DNA of 64,000 nt from NCBI GenBank assembly GCA_963714175.1, contig CAVQNN010000003.1, forward strand, positions 520,201-584,200, given 5' to 3'. The stretch is from an uncultured Actinomycetes bacterium. GTDB taxonomy: Bacteria > Actinomycetota > Thermoleophilia > RBG-16-64-13. This document shows, piece after piece, positions 50,848-61,024 of the stretch. Within the stretch, counting starts at the first letter, position 1. Every line of letters starts with the position of its first letter. The position numbers were made by a program, and so were the translations under genes. Under the pieces are notes generated by a model. That model made no database searches, was not told where the DNA came from, and saw only the letters and a program-made list of their open reading frames with translations.

Positions 50848-51681
50848 TCAGAGGCTTCGCGCCGGGTCTTTGACTTCCGGGCCGCGCTCCCTCCGCTCCT
50901 CCACGCTCTGCTTCAGCAGCGCCATGATGTCGACGACCTCAGCTTCCTTCGCCTCCGGCTTCGGCGGCTCCGGGGTGGCGACCGCATCCCCCGCCTTCAC
51001 CTTCTGGTCGATGAGGCGGAGCAGGTCTTCACGATAGGTGTCTCGATACTGCTCCGGCTCCCAGGGGGCGGCCATGATCTCCACCAACTGCTCGGCCATC
51101 TTCAGCTCCTGGGGACTGAGGCCAAGGTCGTCCACCTTCTCGCCCGGGAGCTCGAGATCGGACGCGTCGCGCAGTTGATACGGCCAACGGAGCGTGTACG
51201 CCAGGAGGGCCGGCCCGTCCGGCAGGACGGCGCACAGGTGCTGTCGCTCTCTGATGACTACCCTGGCCACGCCCACCTTGCCGGTGCGTTCGAGGGTCTC
51301 GCGAAGCAGGACGTACGCCCGTCGACCGACCTTGGTCGGCTCGGTGTAGTACGGGGTGTCGTAGAAGGCGATGTCGATCTCGGCGGCGTCGACGAAATGC
51401 ATGATGTCGATGCTCTGCGTCGCCTCGACGTTGGCGGCCTTCAGATCGGCCTCTTCCACGATCACGTATCGGTCCTTCTCGTATTCGTAGCCCTTGACGA
51501 TCTCCTCGAACGGCACCTCGTGGTCCTCGTCGTCTACCCACCGGCTGTGCACCCGGCGTAGATCGCTTCCGTGAAGCATGTGGAACGTCACGTTCTCGCG
51601 GGCATTCTTGACCGGATAGAGCGAGACCGGGATGGTGACCAGACCGAAACTGATGGCCCCTTTCCAGAGCGCGCGCGCCAT
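50848..51681 (-). CDS. ku: Ku DNA end-binding protein
   Basis: MARALWKGAISFGLVTIPVSLY is the canonical bacterial Ku N-terminus. 277 aa. Confidence 0.9.
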   Translation of the reverse strand: MARALWKGAISFGLVTIPVSLYPVKNARENVTFHMLHGSDLRRVHSRWVDDEDHEVPFEEIVKGYEYEKDRYVIVEEADLKAANVEATQSIDIMHFVDAAEIDIAFYDTPYYTEPTKVGRRAYVLLRETLERTGKVGVARVVIRERQHLCAVLPDGPALLAYTLRWPYQLRDASDLELPGEKVDDLGLSPQELKMAEQLVEIMAAPWEPEQYRDTYREDLLRLIDQKVKAGDAVATPEPPKPEAKEAEVVDIMALLKQSVEERRERGPEVKDPARSL

Positions 51682-51839
51682 GGCTTTCTCCTCGTCGTGT
51701 CGGTGTCGCCCTCATATACCCAATTGTCGAGATTGATAGCTTCGCCGGCCGGAGGTCGTCGGCGGGGGCGGTGGGGAGTAGAGAGGCGGGTTGCCGGGTA
51801 CTCTGTGCACTGCACTCAAGAATCGAGAGGGGCGGGAGC

Positions 51840-52274
51840 ATGAACAGCGAGTTCAAAGGGTATCTCCGATCATCACACGATCTGCCTGGTTCCAGAACGG
51901 GCCCCTCCCTGCTGCGTATCCAAGAGTCCTCTCGTCTAGGCCTTCCCCTTATCTACTTGAGTGGAGAACTCGACCACCAGTCGGCCGGGGGCCTCGCGAG
52001 CGTCATCGAGCAAGAACTCGGTTCGGGAGCGACTGCCCTGCTGCTCGAGATGAGCGAGTTGCGGTACATCGACAGCGGGGGTCTGGCGCTTCTGTTCGAT
52101 ACCCTGCAAAGGCTGGAAAATGCCGGCGGGTTGTTTGTCATCAGCCCCAACGCCGGTGTCGCCAAGCTGATGGAGCTGACCGGGCTGGTCGACCGAAGGG
52201 GCTTCCAGGTCCTTCCCGATCTTGCGGCGGTCAATGCGGCAGTGGCGGCGCTGGGAAAGCCCGACTCTCGATGA
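51840..52274 (+). CDS. STAS-domain anti-sigma-factor antagonist (SpoIIAA/RsbV-like)
   Basis: RBS AGGGGCGGG. 144 aa STAS fold with conserved phosphorylatable-Ser context (IDSGGLALL). Confidence 0.75.
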   Translation: MNSEFKGYLRSSHDLPGSRTGPSLLRIQESSRLGLPLIYLSGELDHQSAGGLASVIEQELGSGATALLLEMSELRYIDSGGLALLFDTLQRLENAGGLFVISPNAGVAKLMELTGLVDRRGFQVLPDLAAVNAAVAALGKPDSR

Positions 52275-52289
52275 GCCAGGTCTTCTAAG

Positions 52290-54010
52290 ATGGCCCGCGA
52301 CATAGGCGAGTGCGAACTGACAGAGGCACGGGAGAAGCCGGAGGGACGAGAATCAGACGCCGCGGAGTACGCGCGCAGTCTAATCGAGGTCAGTCTCGAT
52401 CCTCTGGTCACCATCAGTCCCGAGGGCAAGATAACCGACGTCAATGAGGCCACCATCAGGGTTACCGGTCGGGCACGCGATGAACTGATCGGCACCGACT
52501 TCTCCGACTACTTCACCGACCCCGAGAGCGCTCGGCGAGGCTACCGCGAGGCCTTCGACAAGGGCTCGGTCACCGACTACCCGCTCACGATCCGACATCA
52601 GAACGGGCGGCTCACCGATGTTCTCTACAACGCCTCGGTCTACAGGGGCAGGGAAGGCGACGTGCTCGGGGTGTTCGCCGCGGCTCGTGATATCAGCCAT
52701 CGCCGGCAGGCGGAGGCCATCGCCCGGGCCGAGCGTCAGCGGCTCAACGACGTCTTGGAGATGATGCCGGTCTACACGATCCTCCTCAGCCGCGACTATC
52801 ACGTTGTCTTCGCGAATCGCTTCTTCGAGGAGAGATTCGGGAAGTCCGACGGCCGCCGCTGTTTCGAGTACTTGTTCGGACGGACCGAGCCCTGCGAGAT
52901 CTGTCGGACCTACGAGGTCTTCGAGACCCAAGCCCCTCTGAACTGGGAGTGGACGGGGCCCGACCATCGCGACTATGACATCCTTGATTTCCCCTTCACC
53001 GACTCCGATGGCTCCGACCTCATCATGGAGGTGGGCATCGACGTCACCGACCGCAAGAGGGCCGAGGACGAGCTTCGGGAGCATCAGAAGACCCTCGAAA
53101 GCCGGGTGGCTGAGAGGACCGAAGAACTCGCTCAGGCTAACGCGCTGCTCAGGGCGGAGGTTGAAGAGCGGACAAAGGCGGAGAGGGAGAAGGACCGCCT
53201 GTACGAGGCTCAACGCAGGATCGCTGAGCACCTGCAACAGGCCATGCTCGATATCCCGGCGCATGTCGAACGACTGAGCATCGGCCACCTCTATCGCTCG
53301 GCCACCGAAGCAGCTCGGGTGGGAGGCGACTTCTACGATGTCTTCGAGGCAAGAAAGGGGAGGATCGCTCTTCTCATCGGGGATGTGGCGGGGCATGGCA
53401 TTGAGGCGGCCCGCTCCGCTACGTTGGTCAAAGACGTGGTCCACGCCTTCATACACCAGACCCTGCAACCCCAGAAGGTGCTCCGCAGCACAAATCGGCT
53501 GCTGATCGAGAAGTCGCCGGCCGGTTTCGTCACCCTCTTCCTCGGCATCCTCGACACGAACACCGGAAAACTGCGCTACTGCTCGGCCGGTCATCCTGAA
53601 GCTCTCCTCAGACGTACTTCGGGCGAGGTTCAGACTCTCGGCTCCGGCTCGCTCCCCCTGGGGATCTTCCCCGAAGCCACGTGGACGGCGAGTGACGGCC
53701 CAGCTCGAGACGGGCGACCTGCTACTGCTCTACACCGACGGTGTCATCGAGGCCCGTAGGGACGGTGATTTCTTCGGCCAGGAACGACTCCGAGCCATGC
53801 TCGAACCGGAAGTCGCCTCGGTGGAACTGCTTCCCGCCCTCATCCTCGACCAAGGTGCTCGACTTCGCCGAGGGATCGCTGAGGGATGACATCGCCATGC
53901 TCAGTCTGTCCCTGTCCGAGAGGCCGGTCCTGAGATCTGACTCACCGCGCGAATGGCGCCGCCGGTCGACACCCACATTGCGCATAAGGTACTATCAATA
54001 TACCTTATGA
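52290..54010 (+). CDS. PAS-domain(s)-containing PP2C-type serine phosphatase (RsbU/SpoIIE-like); two frameshifts near 53690 and 53860
   Basis: PAS region (VTISPEGKITDVNEATIRVTG). PP2C region (GGDFYDVFEARKGRIALLIGDVAGHG, then LLLYTDGVIEAR in a shifted frame). Confidence 0.7.
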
Positions 54011-54046
54011 GCTGTTTGACTCCTGGGGCGACGGCTCCAGGGAGGA

Positions 54047-56172
54047 GTGTGCGGAGTGGGCGCCACGAGTAGTACGAAGTATCGGAGGCTGCTTGCGCCT
54101 GGGTACATCGGATCGGTGAAGATCAAGACCCGGTTGATCAAGACAGGGTCCAACCCCGGCTTCTATCCCTACGATGGCGGGTTCGTCCAGCCCCTGATCG
54201 TCGACTACTACGAGGCCCTGGCCGCGGGTGGCGTAGGTCTCGTGACGGTGGGTGGCGGGGAGATCGACTATCCCATCGGCACGGTCCCGGACCACGGTTA
54301 CCGCCAGGATGAGGAGATGTACATCCCCAGCCTGAAGACACTGGCCGACGCGATCCACAGATACGACTGCCCGGCGTTCATCCAACTCTTCCACATGGGG
54401 CCCATGCACCCCAAGGCGGCTACCGGCCTTCAACATATAGCGGCTTCGTCGCTGTCGCTGGAAGAGCTCCCGCGAAAGGACTTCACGCCTCTTGCCAAGG
54501 AGATGACCCTCGACGACATCGTGAGAGTCGAGGGGAGGTTCGTCAACGCCGCGGTGATAGCGCAGAAGGCCGGATTCGACGGTATCGAGCTGAACTTCGC
54601 CTGCAATCATCTGGGCAACTCCTTCCTGTCGCGCGCTTGGAACAAGCGCCACGATGACTATGGCCGCGACAGTCTCGCGAATCGGGGACGGTTCCTGGTT
54701 GATACCATCAAGGGGATCAAAGGGGCCACGGGCAAGGACTTCCCCATATCCGTCATGATCAACAGCCTCGAAGCGGGTCTGGAGGACGGGATCACGCTCG
54801 AAGAGTGCAAGGCGTTCGCGGTGATGGCCGAGAAGGCTGGAGCCGATGCCATCCATCCGAGAGTCGAGTTCTACACGAATCCTCGGGATCTCATGAAGCG
54901 GGACAGCACGCACTTCCCGGACATGGTCCCCTTCCCCGCTAGGCCCAAGAAGGTGGATAGGGAGATCGACCTCAGCCATCACGGAGAGGCCGCCTGGGTG
55001 CCCGCCGCCGCTGAGGTCAAGAAAGTGGTCTCGATCCCCGTCGTCGCCGTCGGAAGGCTGGGCCCGGACCTTGGCGAGAAGATCCTGAGAGAGGGGAAAG
55101 CCGACTTCATCAGTCTCAACCGGCGTCTCATGGCCGACCATGACCTCCCCAGGAAGATCGCCGAGGGCAGGCCGGAGGACATCGCGCCGTGTACCGGCTG
55201 CATGACCTGCTTCGCTCGCGTGGAGCGGGGAGAGTCTCCCCAGTGCCGCACCAACGCAGCTCTCGGCAGGGAGAAGGAATACGAGATCAAACCGGCCCGA
55301 GAAGCAGAAGAAGGTCATGGTGGTGGGCGGCGGCCCGGCGGCCCTGGAGGCAGCCCGGGTGGCGGCTCTCAGAGGACACGAGGTCTCCCTCTACTCTGCA
55401 ATGAAGAGGTTGGGTGGCTCCATGCTGGTCGCAGCGGTCGTCAAGGGCGTCGAGAAAGAGGACCTTCCCGGTTTCGCCCGTTACTACGAGACGCAGATGA
55501 GGAAGCTGGGCGTGGAAGTCCATCGGGGGACGAAAGTGACTCCCGAGTTGGTGAAGAAAGCCGGTCCCGACGTCCTTCTTGTCGCCTCCGGCGCGAGGCA
55601 TGACATCCCGGACATCCCGGGGATCGACAGCAGAAAGGTCATGACCGGCGAAGACCTCCATCACAGCCTCAAGTTCTTTCTCAGGTTCGCCGGGCCGAAG
55701 TTGCTGAGATGGGGGACGAGGTTCGCGCTTCCGCTCATGCTCGGCAAGGATGTAGTCGTGATCGGTGGCAGGCTGCACGGGTGCCAGACGGCGGAGTTCC
55801 TGGTGAAGAGAGGCCGCAACGTGACGATAGTCGACACCTGCCCCGAGGAGCAGATCGGAGAAGGCCTCCTCGAGACCTTCATGAAGCCCTGGTTGCTCCA
55901 ATGGCTGGACGACAGGGGGGTGGAGATCCTGCCGGGAGTGAAGTACGAGGAGGTCAACAAGGAGGGCCTCGTCGTCACCACGAAGGACGGCGACGAAGCG
56001 GACCCTGAAGGCAGACAAGATCGTGACGGCGATGCCCATGCTGGCCGACTTCGAGTTCCTCGCTCAGTTCAAGGACGCTGCCGAAGAGGTCTACGCGATC
56101 GGCGATACTCGCGAACCGGGATACATCGTCGACGCCGTTGCCGACGGGGCAAAGATAGCCCGGGAGATCTAG
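54047..56172 (+). CDS. Old-yellow-enzyme-type NADH:flavin oxidoreductase / enoate (2,4-dienoyl-CoA-like) reductase with C-terminal FAD/NAD(P) domain; two frameshifts (~55300, ~56000)
   Basis: OYE TIM-barrel N-terminus, the Cys cluster CTGCMTCF, then VMVVGGGPAALEAARVAAL...VVVIGGRLHGCQTAEFL in a second frame and ...IVTAMPMLADFEFL in a third. Confidence 0.75.
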
Positions 56173-56194
56173 GCGGCGGCCCGCCGGGCTAGAC

Positions 56195-56790
56195 CTAGAA
56201 GAGGTGGCTGACTAGGATCCTAACGCCGATCGCTATGAGCACCAGGCCGCCAAAACGTTCCGCCCAGACACCGAAGCGTCGTCCCAGACGTGATCCGAAG
56301 AACGCCCCCACCGCGCTGAGGAGGGCGGCGACGACTCCTATCACCAGACTCGGCACCCATATGGATACCTCGAGGAAGGCCAGGCTGAGGCCGACGGCGA
56401 GGGCGTCGATGCTGGTCGCTACCGAGAGGATGAGCAGCGTCCATCCTCGCGTGGGGTCCTGGGCCGGATTCTCCGGCGGGCGCACGGATTCCCAAAGCAT
56501 CTTGCCGCCGATCACAGCCAGAAGGCCGAAGGCGATCCAGTGATCGACCGCGCCCACCCATTGGGATAGACCCCGGCCGGCCAACCACCCGATCACAGGC
56601 ATGAAGAACTGGAAGAAGCCAAAGCTGAGCGCGAGTCTGGAGACGTGACGGTAGTCGAGTGCCGTGACCTGAATGCCGGCGGCGACGGACACGGCGAAGG
56701 CATCCATGGCCAAGCCGAACGCGATCCCGAGTGTGTACCAGAAGCTCAGCGGGCCCAGCCCAACGTTCTCTCCACCGCTCTCTGCCAATC
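56195..56790 (-). CDS. mntP: Putative manganese efflux pump MntP (UPF0059)
   Basis: GIAFGLAMDAFAVSVAAG and a repeated ...SIDALAVGLSLAFL half. Start uncertain (TTG/CTG). Overlaps the glpK 3' end. Confidence 0.6.
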
Positions 56791-58324
56791 CTGATAGAGC
56801 CGTTCCCGCTCGCCCGGCTCCATGCTGGGGGTGAAGACGCGGTCGGTTCCCACCAGCCCCGCCACCTCGGCCGCCGTCCAGAACCCCACCGCCAGCCCTG
56901 CCAATGCCGCCGCGCCCAGGGCCGTGGTCTCCTGTAGCCTGGGCCGGACCACCGGGACGCCCAGCAGGTCGGCCTGGAGTTGCAGCAGGAAGTCGTCCCC
57001 GGCGGCGCCGCCGTCGGCCCGCAGACCGGCGATGTCGATCCCCGAGGTCTGACGCATGGCGTCCAGCACCGCGCGGGTCTGGAAGCAGATGGCCTCCTCG
57101 GTGGCCCTGGCCAGGTGCTCGGGTTTGGTGCCGCGGGTGAGGCCGATCAGGAGCCCGCGGGCGTAGGGGTCCCAGTATGGAGTCCCCAGCCCTGTCAGGG
57201 CAGGTACGAAGTAGACGCCGTCGTTGTCGGGAGCTTGTGCCGCAAGCGGGCCGATGTCGGCGGAGCTCTCGATAATCCCCAGAGTGTCGCGGATCCACTG
57301 GACCGCGCCGCCGCCCATGAAGACCGAGCCCTCCAGGGCATAGGTGACGGCGCCCCCGGCCGGTGCCCCCGGCCTCTGGGCCCAGCACCCAACCCACGGT
57401 CGACAGCAGTCCGCGTTCCGGCTTGGCGGGTCGCGAGCCCACGTTCATCAGCAAGAAGCAGCCAGTTCCGTAGGTGTTCTTGCAGTCGCCCGGCCGCAGC
57501 GCACCCTGCCCGAACAGAGCCGCCTGCTGGTCGCCGGCCACGCCGGTGATGGGGACGGCCGCTCCAAGCACCGTCGGCTCCGTCGACGCGATCAGCCCCG
57601 ACGAAGGGCAGAGTCGCGGCAGGATCGAACGGGGGACGCCGAAGACGGCCAGCAACTCGTCCGCCCAGTCGAGGCTTCGCAGATCGAGCAGCATGGTGCG
57701 CGAGGCGTTGCTGTAGTCGGTCACGTGCTGACGGCCGCCGGTGAGCCGCCAGATGAGGAAGCTGTCGATGGTGCCCACACGGAGGCGGCCCTTGGCGAGC
57801 AGGTCGGCGGCGCCTTCTCTGTTGGCGAGGAGCCATTCGATCTTGGTGGCGCTGAAGTAGGGGTCGAGCCTGAGTCCCGTGCGTGCCTCGACGGTGGGTC
57901 CGAACCCGGCCCGCTCGAGCTCCTCGCAGCGGCCGGCCGTCCGCCGGCACTGCCAGACGATGGCGTTGCCCAGGGAGGCGCCGGTCTCCGCATCCCACAA
58001 GAGGACCGTCTCGCGCTGGTTGGCGACGCCGATGGCGGCGAGGTCCTCGGCTCTCATCCCTGCCTGCTCCAGCGCGAGCCTGGCGCAGCGGTGTTGGGTC
58101 TCCCAGATGTCCTCGGGGTCCTGCTCCACCCATCCGGGTTCAGGATAGTGCTGGGGGAAGGCCTCCTGGGCGGCCCCAAGGATGGTTCCGTCGTGCCCGA
58201 AGACGATCGCTCGGGAACTCGTGGTCCCCTGGTCGAGCGCCAGTACCGCTGTGGCGGTACCCGTCGCCGCCGTGCCGGTACCCGTCGCCGCCGTGCCTGT
58301 CACTGCTGTGGGTCTGTTCGCCAT
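56746..58324 (-). CDS. glpK: Glycerol kinase; frameshift near nt 57340; N-terminal TG/TA-rich extension encoded by a 21-bp tandem repeat
   Basis: LALDQGTTSSRAIVF and GCFLLMNVG motifs. The C-terminal half (ORF 56746-57318) is in another frame. N-terminus MANRPTAVTGTAATGTGTAATGTATAV. Confidence 0.8.
58262..58310 (-). repeat. 21-bp tandem repeat (cccgtcgccgccgtgccggta x2, plus partial) inside the glpK 5' end
   Basis: Direct reading of the sequence. Confidence 0.6.
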
Positions 58325-58394
58325 AGCTCGTACAATAGGGCAGCGGACGCACATCGAGCAAGCCCGGCCGGAGCGGGACTGGAGGTAGCGACGG

Positions 58395-59159
58395 ATGGAA
58401 TGGAACGAGCCTCTGTTCAAAGCGGGATCCGGCGACAACGCCCGGATCGGGGTTCTGGTGAGCCACGGCTTCGGCGGCTCGCCTCGCTCGGTCCAGGAGG
58501 TCGGACTGCGACTGACGGACGCGGGCTACACCGTCGCTTTGCCTCTGCTGGCCGGCCACGGCCTCACCCCCGAGGCTATGGAGAGGTCGCTCTGGACCGA
58601 ATGGACCGCGGACACCGAGCGGGCCTTCCAGTGGCTGAGCGAGCGGACCGACCAGGTCTTCGTCTTCGGCCTCTCGATGGGTGGCGCCTTGGCTGTCTGG
58701 ACGGCGGAGCGCCATCCCGAGGTGGCGGGGCTGGTCACGGTCAACGCTATCCTCCGCCATCCTCAAGAACTCGTGATGCGCGTCTTCGGCCGGATCGGGA
58801 TACCCCGGTGGGCCAAGGCGATCGGAAACGACACGAAGCTGGCCGGCGTGGACGAAAGGGCTTACGACAAGATCCCCATGCGCTCCACGCACCAGCTGGC
58901 CTTGCTGCTGTCCGCCGTCCGCCGCGATCTTCCCCTCATCCGCTGTCCGGCTTTGCTTTTCTCGTCGGTCACGGACCATGTGGTTCCGCCTGCGAACCAG
59001 CGCGAGATCTACTCCGCCATCGCTTCCACCGACAAGGAACTGGTGGAACTCCAGGACTCCTACCATGTGGCCACGATGGATAACGACAAGGAACTCATCT
59101 TCGCGAGGACTCTGGAGTTCCTGGCGGCGCACTCTCTCTGGCGGCGGTCCGGAAGCTAG
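58395..59159 (+). CDS. Alpha/beta-hydrolase (carboxylesterase/lysophospholipase-like)
   Basis: HGFGGSP oxyanion region, nucleophile elbow GLSMGG, and C-terminal His. 254 aa. Confidence 0.8.
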   Translation: MEWNEPLFKAGSGDNARIGVLVSHGFGGSPRSVQEVGLRLTDAGYTVALPLLAGHGLTPEAMERSLWTEWTADTERAFQWLSERTDQVFVFGLSMGGALAVWTAERHPEVAGLVTVNAILRHPQELVMRVFGRIGIPRWAKAIGNDTKLAGVDERAYDKIPMRSTHQLALLLSAVRRDLPLIRCPALLFSSVTDHVVPPANQREIYSAIASTDKELVELQDSYHVATMDNDKELIFARTLEFLAAHSLWRRSGS

Positions 59160-59169
59160 CTATCCCGGA

Positions 59170-59964
59170 CTAGCGTCCCCCCAGCCGCGACAGAGGAACA
59201 TGCTTGTGGATCAGTCTGATCATCCAGCGAGGCATGACGGTCATCGCGAACGCCATGGACTTCGCCAGGAATCCGGGCACCACGACTGCCCTACCCCGGG
59301 CCATGCCTTCCACGCCCGCCCGCGCCACGCCGGCCGGGTCCTTCATCACGCCGTACCTGACGGCGGTCTTGACCGGGATGTTGGTCCCTTCGTAGAGTCC
59401 GGTGGCCACCGCTCCGGGCGCGAGGCAGGTGACGCTCACTCCGCTGTCGCGTAGCTCCTCGCGCAGGGCGGAGGAGAAGCTACGCAGGAACCGCTTGGAG
59501 CTGCCGTAGTAGGCGATGTCGGGGAAGTCGCGCCAGGCGGAGATGCTCGAGACGAAGAGGATGTGCCCCGACTTTCTGGAGCACATGTCTTGGCCGAAGT
59601 AATGAGCGAGGAGCGAGGGTGTCACCACGTGGAGCTGCATCATGGTCTCGGCACGTGCGGGATCGGTGTCGATGACCTCCCCGAAGAAGAACATCCCCGC
59701 GTTGCTGACCAGGATGTCGACCTCTAAGCCGAGGCGGCTCACCTCCTCATGGAGTCTGCACGCGGCATCGGGGCGCGCCAGATCCATTGCGATCGGGCGC
59801 GCGTCCACCTGGTGTTCGGCGGCGATCCCGCGTGCAGCGGCTACGAGTTCCGCCTCGCGGTTGCTCACCATCACCAGCGGGTGCCCGCGCCGCGCCAGTT
59901 CGCGAGCGATCTCGAGCCCTATGCCCGAGCAGGCCCCGGTAACGAGTGCATAGCCTTCCGTCAT
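59170..59964 (-). CDS. SDR family oxidoreductase
   Basis: Start MTEGYALVTGACSGIGLEIAR after RBS GGAGAAA. Catalytic motif YYGSSK. The long 5' ORF extension to 60489 is spurious. Confidence 0.8.
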   Translation of the reverse strand: MTEGYALVTGACSGIGLEIARELARRGHPLVMVSNREAELVAAARGIAAEHQVDARPIAMDLARPDAACRLHEEVSRLGLEVDILVSNAGMFFFGEVIDTDPARAETMMQLHVVTPSLLAHYFGQDMCSRKSGHILFVSSISAWRDFPDIAYYGSSKRFLRSFSSALREELRDSGVSVTCLAPGAVATGLYEGTNIPVKTAVRYGVMKDPAGVARAGVEGMARGRAVVVPGFLAKSMAFAMTVMPRWMIRLIHKHVPLSRLGGR

Positions 59965-60011
59965 CGTTTCTCCATGGCGTGTTACGAACTCCAGCGTAAC
60001 GGTGTCAACGG

Positions 60012-60731
60012 TCAGGCGAAGACCGATAGCGCGGCGGCACTCGCGAACCCCATCACCGTGAACAAGCCGGTCAGCCGGCCCCCGTGCTCGAAAGCCTCCG
60101 GCATCATAGCGTCGGACAGCATGGTAAGAACGGCCCCGGCTGCGAAAGCTTGAGCAATGCGGGCGTCGGCGGTCGGGACCCATTGGACGATACCGTACCC
60201 AAGCACCGCGCACGCCGCCGAGATGACAACCAGCACGATCCACATCCAGAACGTGCTGCGTCGGGAATGCCCCGCGGCGCCGAGGTTGATCGTCCCGCCG
60301 ACCCCTTCGGGGAGGTTGGACACGAAGACAGCTACGAGGAAGGCCACGCCGATCGAGCCGCCCAAAGCCAGACCCATGCCCAGCACGATCGATTCCGGGA
60401 TGGCGTCGAGCAGAGTCCCGATGAAGATGGCCGCGCCCGAACCCTCCTCCTGCTTGCCTGCCAGGGTCTTGCGATGCCGGCCGCCCCAACGGTCAACGAA
60501 CCAATCACCCAGGAAGAAGACCAGCGCGCCCAGCACGAAAGACACGGCCATTCCCCACCCGCCGATATCCGACTCGGGCACCAACTCGTAGGCGATGGCG
60601 CTGATGAGCGCGCCGCCGCCGAACCCCATGATCAGACCGACGGTCCGGTTGGAGAGCCCGCGCTCGGCAATGAAGTATCCGAGCAGCAGCGAGATCGCCG
60701 CCAGACCTCCCCAGAGGAACGCAGCAAGCAA
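60012..60731 (-). CDS. ZIP-family metal (Zn/Fe) transporter (ZupT-like)
   Basis: 239 aa with eight TM helices and a conserved HxxxE/D-containing helix (IGTLLDAIPESIVLG). Confidence 0.85.
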   Translation of the reverse strand: MLAAFLWGGLAAISLLLGYFIAERGLSNRTVGLIMGFGGGALISAIAYELVPESDIGGWGMAVSFVLGALVFFLGDWFVDRWGGRHRKTLAGKQEEGSGAAIFIGTLLDAIPESIVLGMGLALGGSIGVAFLVAVFVSNLPEGVGGTINLGAAGHSRRSTFWMWIVLVVISAACAVLGYGIVQWVPTADARIAQAFAAGAVLTMLSDAMMPEAFEHGGRLTGLFTVMGFASAAALSVFA

Positions 60732-61024
60732 CTCCTATCCTCCCTGGCTCTCGGACTCATGGCCGCGGATGGGACAGAGGGCGACGTTGCGCGTGCTGTA
60801 GGCCTCCACAGTCCGCGTTTGCCGAGGGGTGCTGGACGGCGCTTCCCACGACAAGAGACACACTATCAGCAGCCGGCTTCAGCTGTCGACGCCCAGCCGC
60901 TCTCTCCCGCCATATCGACGGTATTTGCATAGTCTGACGCTCAGCTGATGTAGCATGTGCGAGGATATCCGGAGCGCAGGCAGCGATTACTCGGGGCAGG
61001 CGCCGGAAAGCGAGGGAGGCTCAC

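Noticed and set aside
56746-56790. About 45-nt overlap between the glpK 3' end and the putative mntP start.
   Set aside because: Probably a mis-chosen mntP start (non-ATG), not a real long overlap. Left as an uncertain boundary.
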